Shown: positions 1 through 6,933 of the stretch, piece after piece
Layout of the letters: each line of letters starts with the position of its first letter
Numbering within the stretch: the first letter of the stretch is position 1
Notes under the pieces: model-generated
Told to the model about the DNA's origin: nothing
Seen by the model: the letters and a program-made list of their open reading frames with translations, nothing else
The model's database searches: none
Position numbers and translations under genes: made by a program
Assembly: GCA_040081515.1 (NCBI GenBank)
Contig: JBEBGK010000001.1
Coordinates: 1-25,284, forward strand
Source of the DNA: Chthoniobacteraceae bacterium
GTDB taxonomy: Bacteria > Verrucomicrobiota > Verrucomicrobiia > Chthoniobacterales > Chthoniobacteraceae
Direction of reading: 5' to 3'
DNA: 25,284 bases

Positions 1-349
1 GCCACACAAGATCGAAGCTCTCAAGATGGTCCGACAACCAAGCCTGCCCGCTTGAACTGACCCGGTGCCCATAAGGGTTGACGAGTCGCGAATCAAAGCC
101 GCATCGCATCCGGGACCAAATGCTTCTAGGCGGAACTTGCTCCAATGGCAGAAATCCATCCAGCGCAAACTCGCCCGAGGATTCCGATCCCGGCGGCCTG
201 TTGTCGTGGAGTTCGGTAACTACAAAATGCAACTCGCCAATCTCATTCAATGCCCGTGCTACATGCAACACCCGCTGCTGAGTGCCGTAGGCCTTCTCGT
301 GCGGCCAGCATGGCGCGACGTAAAGTATTCGGGGGCGCCGCACCATCAT
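1..349 (-). CDS. Glycosyltransferase family 4, N-terminal part (runs off the left edge; not in ORF track)
   Basis: Hand translation from ATG at 349 (ATGA overlap with the stop of 346..1614) is stop-free to the edge: MMVRRPRILYVAPCWPHEKAYGTQQRVLHVARALNEIGELHFVV...FDSRLVNPYGH...LESFDLVW. It aligns with the neighbour (RPRILYVSPYWPH...LNVARALRQI...DPRSEYPHG...FDLIWF). Confidence 0.85.
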   Translation of the reverse strand, partial: MMVRRPRILYVAPCWPHEKAYGTQQRVLHVARALNEIGELHFVVTELHDNRPPGSESSGEFALDGFLPLEQVPPRSIWSRMRCGFDSRLVNPYGHRVSSSGQAWLSDHLESFDLVW

Positions 350-1614
350 GCCTCGACCCGAGTCTGATTTGACGATTTGCCACCGGTGCCTCTGCTCAGT
401 CGCAAACAATCCGCCGCCGCCGCCCACACACACGGACGAATCGCCTCCCAGGTCCACTTCTCAAGAAACAACTGCCAGGCACGCTCTGCCATCGCCGCCG
501 CTTCCACCGGCTCCCGGATGGTCCGGATACAGGCGTTTGCGAAGTCCTCGGCCGAGTTGGCCAGGTACATCTCGCGCCCGTCCTGCGGCTCATAACCATA
601 AGCGCCGAGATCGGTCGACACGATCGGACACTTCAAGCTGAATGCCTGCGCAATTTTCCCTCTCGTGCCAGCCCCCACTTGAACCGGCACAACCATCGCA
701 GACCATGTGGTAATCTCTTCATCTGCCGCCTCCACCCAGCCCAACCCATCGACATCCGGACCCGCCGGTTTCAGCGGACCGTCACTATACCGGCCCACCA
801 ACCGAAGCCGTGCATCGGGAACCGCTGCTTTCACCAGCGGCCAGCAATTCTCAGCAAACCACCGGATTCCACCGAGGTTCGGCTCATAGTCGAAAATCCC
901 GATAAACCCGAACCGAGGCGGGCTCGAGTTTTGGCGCTTCAAAGTGCGTGTAGGCCGGTCAAAGCCATTCGGGATGACGTGCAACGGCGCCGTCACCCCT
1001 AGTTTTTGGAGATACTTCCTGTCCGCATCGCTGCATACGCCAAGCACGGTGAACCGGTCCCCGAGAAGCTGGTCTCTCCGCCTCCAACTGTACAGCCTGC
1101 GCCTCGCATTGAGCCGCTCTCTCAATCGACGGGCAGACCGCAACATCGATTCCTCAAAATTACTCGGAACGTCGTCGATATCCGCTACGGAACAATTCCA
1201 CTTCCATCGTGGAAACATGTTTGGCGTACGCAACTTGCAAAACCAGATCAAATCGAACTGCCCGGCAAGGCTGGCCAACCGCTCCTTTGATTCCGCATCC
1301 GCGCCGCAGCCGTGGGGATACTCGGAACGCGGATCCAACGCCCACCTGAGCTTCCGGAGCACCCCCAGATTCGGACGCGACGAGAGGCCAGCGGACCCCG
1401 CCACTCGGAATTCCTTCTCCGCACTTGCATTCCACTCGTCCTCCTTTCCTTCGCCCCCAACAACAAATACCTCTACATCCGCAATCTGCCGCAAAGCACG
1501 AGCAACATTCAGCGCCCGCAATTCGGAAGCACAAGTCGCTCTGTGCGGCCAATAGGGAGACACATACAAGATTCGCGGTCGCTGCTTTGCGATGATAGGG
1601 CTTTCCTCAATCAT
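346..1614 (-). CDS. Glycosyltransferase family 4 (GT-B)
   Basis: 422 aa. Motifs RILYVSP, HVIPNGFD, FGFIGIFDYEPNLGGIRWF, GAGTRGKIAQAF..KCPIVST and terminal WTWE. Confidence 0.9.
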   Translation of the reverse strand: MIEESPIIAKQRPRILYVSPYWPHRATCASELRALNVARALRQIADVEVFVVGGEGKEDEWNASAEKEFRVAGSAGLSSRPNLGVLRKLRWALDPRSEYPHGCGADAESKERLASLAGQFDLIWFCKLRTPNMFPRWKWNCSVADIDDVPSNFEESMLRSARRLRERLNARRRLYSWRRRDQLLGDRFTVLGVCSDADRKYLQKLGVTAPLHVIPNGFDRPTRTLKRQNSSPPRFGFIGIFDYEPNLGGIRWFAENCWPLVKAAVPDARLRLVGRYSDGPLKPAGPDVDGLGWVEAADEEITTWSAMVVPVQVGAGTRGKIAQAFSLKCPIVSTDLGAYGYEPQDGREMYLANSAEDFANACIRTIREPVEAAAMAERAWQLFLEKWTWEAIRPCVWAAAADCLRLSRGTGGKSSNQTRVEA

Positions 1615-1787
1615 CGGAACTCAAAATGGAACTCGCGGGTGCATCCAGCAACCGAACTGCTTCTTGTCGTCTCCGACATATGCCATCATGAAACTCTTGT
1701 CCACTCGGTCAATCTCCTCTCGCTTGCCGCTTTCGGCCAAACCAACTGCGAACAAGGCCCCACCGATAGCAGAAATAACCGTTTGAA

Positions 1788-2807
1788 TCAGCATCTGCCG
1801 AACAAACGTTTCTCGAGATGGAACTGCAGTTTATCCAAGCGCCGCAACAAAGAGGCCTTTAGATTTGGAAGAACGAACTGTGCGCGTTTTGCACGGTCGT
1901 ATCCGACGGCCGGCACCATCCACCGGTACTTCCACCGCAAACGAGGCATCTCAAGCCGCCCCCCAAATTCCAACGCCAGCGCCTCCAACTCCCGGACGAT
2001 GTCCGGTCTTTCCGGGTAGAAATGAATCAGCCATGTGTGGAGGTAGTTCAAGCAGGCCTGTCGCACTCTTTCGCTCTCTTCCAGCGATCGGATGTACTTT
2101 ATGTGCAACCTCATCGAGATCACCATTGCATCCATCTTTCTATCTGACTGCCCGATGTGACTCAAACGACTGGTTGGAGTGACGCGATAATAAACCCTGC
2201 CTTCCGGCACAAATTTGACCCCACTGCTTGCCAGCAAGACGCGGCAGAAGTACTCGCCATCATCGTCACTCAGCAGGCGGGTGTCCCAAGGACCTGCCGC
2301 ATCGACCAATTCTCTGCTCGTGAGCCACGTTGCGGTCTGCATGTGCAGATTCTCACCCATCTTCCTTACCAGCCATTCCACTGGAGCCAAGTCATTCCAG
2401 AGCGAGGTCCGGGTAAACCGAGCTTGGCTCGCACGATAAGAAAAGTAAGCCCACGGGGATGAAAGGAGATGCTTTGCGGTGAACTCTCCACCAACTGATT
2501 TGAGCTGGCACTCGATTTTGTCCTTGGAAAGAAGGTCGTCGGCATCCAGCCACTGGATGTAGTCCCCTTTGCTTAGGGCTAGGAGATTGTTCCTTGTGGA
2601 CGCCGCACCCTGATTCTTCTGCCTGACCACAGTTACCCCCCTGCCTTCATAGCGCTTCGCCACCGCCAGGGTCCCGTCCGTTGAACCATCATCGACAACC
2701 ACAATTTCCTTGTTCGACCACGTCTGTTCGATTGCAGAATCTAGCGTATCTGCGATGAACTCTTCAGCGTTGAAGGCAGGAATAAGAATGGATACCAGAG
2801 GCGGCAT
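1788..2807 (-). CDS. Glycosyltransferase family 2 (GT-A)
   Basis: 339 aa. N-terminal VSILIPAFNAE, VVVDDGSTD, NQGAASTRN and the DxD motif in WLDADD. Confidence 0.92.
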   Translation of the reverse strand: MPPLVSILIPAFNAEEFIADTLDSAIEQTWSNKEIVVVDDGSTDGTLAVAKRYEGRGVTVVRQKNQGAASTRNNLLALSKGDYIQWLDADDLLSKDKIECQLKSVGGEFTAKHLLSSPWAYFSYRASQARFTRTSLWNDLAPVEWLVRKMGENLHMQTATWLTSRELVDAAGPWDTRLLSDDDGEYFCRVLLASSGVKFVPEGRVYYRVTPTSRLSHIGQSDRKMDAMVISMRLHIKYIRSLEESERVRQACLNYLHTWLIHFYPERPDIVRELEALALEFGGRLEMPRLRWKYRWMVPAVGYDRAKRAQFVLPNLKASLLRRLDKLQFHLEKRLFGRC

Positions 2808-2832
2808 TACATTGATGTTTTTGAGTTCGGAG

Positions 2833-2857
2833 TGGTCTCACGCTGGTCTCACGCTGG
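2833..2857. repeat. 11-bp tandem direct repeat (TGGTCTCACGC x2 + TGG) in intergenic DNA
   Basis: Read directly: tggtctcacgc 2833-2843, tggtctcacgc 2844-2854, tgg 2855-2857. Confidence 0.85.
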
Positions 2858-3008
2858 CCGAGTCGGCTGTGTTCTCTGAACTCAGGAGTTCTCACTTCGG
2901 CATGCCACTACCAAGTTGCGGACGGTTCATGGTCAAACAAGAGTCCTTCACTATGTCAGTTGTCACCCGCCCCATACCGCCATCGTCAGGTGACAGCAAA
3001 CGCCACGA

Positions 3009-6000
3009 CTACGGCCCAACAATGTACCCGGGCCCGGGAAGTCCGCGAGCTACCGGAGCAGAGAGCGATCCGGACGACATTCCCTCGTAGGCGCCAATAT
3101 CCCAAGCCCCATCAACGGGACGGAGCCTGCTGTTGATACTACCTCCGAAGACACCTCCTAGATCCGCGCCTGTATTCAAAGCACCCGAACCAGCCTGCAG
3201 CGAGAGCCCATCCCTGTTAGGGGCTAGGCTGGCTGGGTAGGCACCGGAAAATCCGGTCGGAAGATTTGCCGAATTCCTGAAGAGCGGGTCGGAAGACCGA
3301 GCCGTCGGCTCCCAGCCGAGGATATTGCCTGCATTGTAGTTGGCAGCGCCCACGCTCACCAGTGTTCCGGCTCCGACGCGGAAGAAGACGTTATTTGAGT
3401 GGCCCGTGACGTCGCTTCCGGAATCGGAGAACGGAACATCATCCAACTCGTAAATAATGTTGTTCCGAAAGTCGATGGACCCAGTTGAGTTCGGATTTCC
3501 GATATCCACAAAAGAGTTGTAGAATGTGTTGTTGAACACTCTTGCTGCAATGCTCCCAGAGTTTCCAGCAAAGCTAAGACCGCCTCCCGCCTCGTTCGGA
3601 AGAATAATGTTACCGAAGATGTCGACTGATTTGCTTCCCGTGCCGTAGAATCGAATTACCCCGTTATTGTCTACTGTCTGCAGGACACAGTACCGGAGCA
3701 CGCAGTTCGAGGGCCCGGGACCCGAACCGTACTCAGGCCCGTTGACAAAAGCAGCGGACGCCTTCACATCGTGGGAGAAGCAGAACTCGATGACAGCATT
3801 CCTCACATTTCCTTTGATGAGCAATCCATGCCCCTCTGAATAGCTTGGATCTCTTCCGGTATTGTAGGCCTCGCAACCTCTTACGAGAATATTAGAAATC
3901 ATGCCATTACTACCCGGATAGAGGCAGATTGCATCCCGCGCCACGTCGTAGACTACCGTATTGAGTATTTCGACATTGGAAACATGTCCCGAGCCATCGG
4001 GCGATCCGTCAGACACTATGATACCGTACTTGTAATCCCCCTCGCTCCCATTCCCAGTGTTGCCATGCGCAACGCAGTCTTCAATACGCTTGACAGCGTT
4101 CGTCAAGCCCGTCCGCCAATAAGAGTGATTGATGTCTATCAGATTGGTGCGCTGGTTGTTGCCGTCGATCTCAAATCCCTGAAGCCAGGTCGGCAGCGAG
4201 GTGTCATCCTCCCAGAAGCGAACCACACCGGTTTCATGCCGCGCTATTGCGCGAAGAACTGCCCGGCGACTTTCGCCACCGCTGGGGTTCCACTCATTTC
4301 CGACATAGTGCACGCCTCGCTTCAATTCGAGGCCAGGACCGCTTGGATTCTGTCCCATGCTCCACGTGCCAGCCCTGTTAAAATAGACTTTGTCACCCGC
4401 CTGCAGGGTGGCAGAACCCGCCCAGCCGACCATACCTGGACAGCGCCGCCAGGGACTCGCTGCGGTGCCAGGGTTACTATCGCTGCCAACAGAGTCGTCA
4501 ACGTAGTAGGTTCGTGCAACCGCAGCAGCATTTACAGTTAGCAGCGCCTCTGAGCTGGTGATAGTACCTGATGAGTTGCTCACAACGCAGCGATAATTCC
4601 CGGCGTCGCCAATGCTTACGCTCCCTATCGTGTAAGTCGCTGCCGTTGCCCCAAGGATGTTGACCCCGTTTTTTTGCCATTGATACGCAATCGGTGCAGT
4701 ACCCACGGCTGTAACAGCAAATGTTGCGCTCTGACCTACCGCCCGCGTTAGTGGCTGCGGATTCGTCGAGATGACTGGCGCGACGGAAACCGGTGCGGCG
4801 ACGATCAGCGCCGCCTCCACGCTCACGGCGGATCCAGAGCCATTACTCACCACGCAGCGATAGCTGCCCGCATCTACCGTCTGAACGCTCAAGATTGTGA
4901 ATGTTGCGGACGTAGCGCCACCGATGTCCGCCTGATTCTTCTGCCATTGATACGCCAGTGGCGCGGTCCCAGCAGCTGTTATGCTGAATGCCGCGGTTTC
5001 ACCAGTGCCTCGAGACAGCGCTTGCGGACTTCCGGTGATGGTCGGCGCTACTGACGTTGCCGAAACCGTAATCGTCGCCTCCGCACTGAACGTCGAGCCC
5101 GCACTATTGATCACAACACAACGATAATCTCCGGCGTCACCCATCCCCACAGTCGAAATGGTATAAGTTGCCCCGGTCGCACCGGCGATATTGCTCCGAC
5201 CCTTCTGCCATTGGTAGGAAAGCGGTGCCGCCCCTGATGCCGAGACACTGAGGGTGAGGCTCTGACCTACCACGCACATCAAGGATTGAGGATTTCCCGT
5301 GATCACCGGCACCCCCTGCGCCTGCCCGCCACCTCGCAGCGGATGCGGGTATGTGTATTTCACCCATCCTGGCTTTGCTGTCCCATTGTTGAAATAGTCG
5401 CGCCCAGCCTGAATATAGGCGGACGATGACGCGCTCGATGTGCACCCGCTGCCACCGAAATCAGTCGTCACCGCGCTCGGGTTGCCAAGATTGTTCCAGA
5501 TATAAAGCGGCTCACTGTCTCCCGCATAAGTAATGGAATCATTCCCTCCGTTCCCAGTAACGCGTCCCATGCCCACCTGCCGCGGTGCCGGATATCCCTG
5601 ATTCCAGCAAGGATTTGGTCCGGCGTTTCTTCGTAGGTTCATGACTGTCATTTTGATGGCAGGCTTTGTTCCCCATTGTGTCGATTGCATGTCTGCCAAC
5701 ACATTGTCCGCTATGACACCTGTACCGCCGCGGATAAAAAACACATAATCCAAGGGATAAGTTAAAGCGCCGATGTCATTAAAGACAAAATTATTATTGT
5801 AAATCTGATAGTGGCGTGCCCCAACCGGTCCCGTGTCCGCTCCGTGGGAACTCATGGCGGAGTTGTTGAAGATGCAGTATCGTACTACCGCGCGGGCGTT
5901 TCCGTCAAAATCCATTGTCTGCAAGTATATGCCCGCAAAATAGCAGTCTTCCACGTAGAAGTTTCCGAGCCCGTCAAGATCATTCATCCCCATCTTCGAA

Positions 6001-6827
6001 GCCTCAGTCCAGGCGGAGGAGTTCTGATCATTCTTAAATCCGATCGCCTGATCGTCGTTGCCGATTCCATTGCCGTTGCCACTGTAGAACCCGCTATCAA
6101 AGGAACACTTGTAAATGATTCCGCGGTTGACGCTTGTTTCAATGCTTCGGAGCATAGGGCCAGCTGTCGAGAACCAGCAGTTGTGAATTATGACCGGCTT
6201 CCCGCCCGACACACCGGATATTCTCAAATGCTGCCCATCTCGCGCACTACCCTCGATGAACCGAATTCCTGAGACCTCGACGCTTTGTGTGTTGTTCTCT
6301 GTCAACTGGAGAAGCACGGCGGCACCGGCATTGTGGGTGATCGTTGTTGACTGCACGATGCCCAAAGTCCAGAGTGCTCGTGTGCCACTCCCAACCGCGG
6401 ATGTGACATCGAGACTCAAGGAATTACCAGCGTAGTTTGTGACTGTGCCCTCCATGTAGTTATTTCGCCCGTCCGCGGTGAAAAACGCTCTGACTTTCTG
6501 TCCCGTACTGAAGCCAAGCCCGGGCTGGGTAACGAACGTCTTCGACCCGGTGCCTATCGCGACCGATGACGTAGAATGACCCAACAAGCCTCCGCCGCCC
6601 GCTCCCTCCAGTCTAATTCCCTTGCCAGAATTGCTGATCCCCGCGGTCCACGCGAATGTTCCCGCGGGGATCCGGATAGTTGAACCAGACGGGGCAGCGT
6701 TAATCGCCGCCTGTGTATCGGCGGCCGTCCCGTCGGTTTGAAGAACTCCGTTACCTAGGTTCGTATACCCAAGGACCGGAACACAAGTTGAAACATAAAG
6801 GAGGAGTAGCCCGATGATGGTTTTCAT
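3009..6827 (-). CDS. Large secreted protein: signal peptide, right-handed beta-helix (pectin-lyase-like), three I-set Ig domains, second beta-helix with a choice-of-anchor-Q-like end (1272 aa)
   Basis: Start reassigned to ATG 6827 (MKTIIGLLLLYVSTCVPVLG-, Sec-like signal), since the track start at 7172 overlaps the upstream GT4. Motifs: DTQAAINAAPSGSTIRIPAGTF (beta-helix cap), YTYPHPL, three YQWQK...DAGxYRCVV repeats, TYYVD..GSDSNPGT...PW (second beta-helix cap), and SLQAGSGALNTG...WDIGAYE. Confidence 0.85.
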   Translation of the reverse strand: MKTIIGLLLLYVSTCVPVLGYTNLGNGVLQTDGTAADTQAAINAAPSGSTIRIPAGTFAWTAGISNSGKGIRLEGAGGGGLLGHSTSSVAIGTGSKTFVTQPGLGFSTGQKVRAFFTADGRNNYMEGTVTNYAGNSLSLDVTSAVGSGTRALWTLGIVQSTTITHNAGAAVLLQLTENNTQSVEVSGIRFIEGSARDGQHLRISGVSGGKPVIIHNCWFSTAGPMLRSIETSVNRGIIYKCSFDSGFYSGNGNGIGNDDQAIGFKNDQNSSAWTEASKMGMNDLDGLGNFYVEDCYFAGIYLQTMDFDGNARAVVRYCIFNNSAMSSHGADTGPVGARHYQIYNNNFVFNDIGALTYPLDYVFFIRGGTGVIADNVLADMQSTQWGTKPAIKMTVMNLRRNAGPNPCWNQGYPAPRQVGMGRVTGNGGNDSITYAGDSEPLYIWNNLGNPSAVTTDFGGSGCTSSASSSAYIQAGRDYFNNGTAKPGWVKYTYPHPLRGGGQAQGVPVITGNPQSLMCVVGQSLTLSVSASGAAPLSYQWQKGRSNIAGATGATYTISTVGMGDAGDYRCVVINSAGSTFSAEATITVSATSVAPTITGSPQALSRGTGETAAFSITAAGTAPLAYQWQKNQADIGGATSATFTILSVQTVDAGSYRCVVSNGSGSAVSVEAALIVAAPVSVAPVISTNPQPLTRAVGQSATFAVTAVGTAPIAYQWQKNGVNILGATAATYTIGSVSIGDAGNYRCVVSNSSGTITSSEALLTVNAAAVARTYYVDDSVGSDSNPGTAASPWRRCPGMVGWAGSATLQAGDKVYFNRAGTWSMGQNPSGPGLELKRGVHYVGNEWNPSGGESRRAVLRAIARHETGVVRFWEDDTSLPTWLQGFEIDGNNQRTNLIDINHSYWRTGLTNAVKRIEDCVAHGNTGNGSEGDYKYGIIVSDGSPDGSGHVSNVEILNTVVYDVARDAICLYPGSNGMISNILVRGCEAYNTGRDPSYSEGHGLLIKGNVRNAVIEFCFSHDVKASAAFVNGPEYGSGPGPSNCVLRYCVLQTVDNNGVIRFYGTGSKSVDIFGNIILPNEAGGGLSFAGNSGSIAARVFNNTFYNSFVDIGNPNSTGSIDFRNNIIYELDDVPFSDSGSDVTGHSNNVFFRVGAGTLVSVGAANYNAGNILGWEPTARSSDPLFRNSANLPTGFSGAYPASLAPNRDGLSLQAGSGALNTGADLGGVFGGSINSRLRPVDGAWDIGAYEGMSSGSLSAPVARGLPGPGYIVGP
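4531..5312 (-). repeat. Three tandem ~88-aa immunoglobulin I-set-like domain repeats
   Basis: Repeat starts at about 5312, 5048 and 4781 (spacing 264 and 267 bp). Shared pattern P.I..PQ....G....F/L.V.A.G.AP..YQWQK....I.GAT.AT..I..V...DAG.YRCVV.N..G...S.EA...V. Confidence 0.88.
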
Positions 6828-6933
6828 GCTTTCTATTGTAATTAAGCACTCAGCGTGCCGTTCACAAGAGATATCGCAAACTCTATCACATATTCCTTGC
6901 ATTACGTTCTCTAACGTCCTCTCCTTCTGGTCT

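Noticed and set aside
2961-2995. Inverted repeat TGTCACC...GGTGACA just downstream of the giant gene, as a terminator
   Set aside because: Only a 7-bp stem with a 21-nt loop and no U-tract on the minus strand. It could still be a protein-binding site, but that is unsupported.
6768-6827. Lipoprotein signal (VSTC) in the giant protein
   Set aside because: The -1 residue is Thr rather than Gly/Ala/Ser, and the hydrophobic stretch continues to VLG-Y, which fits signal peptidase I better.
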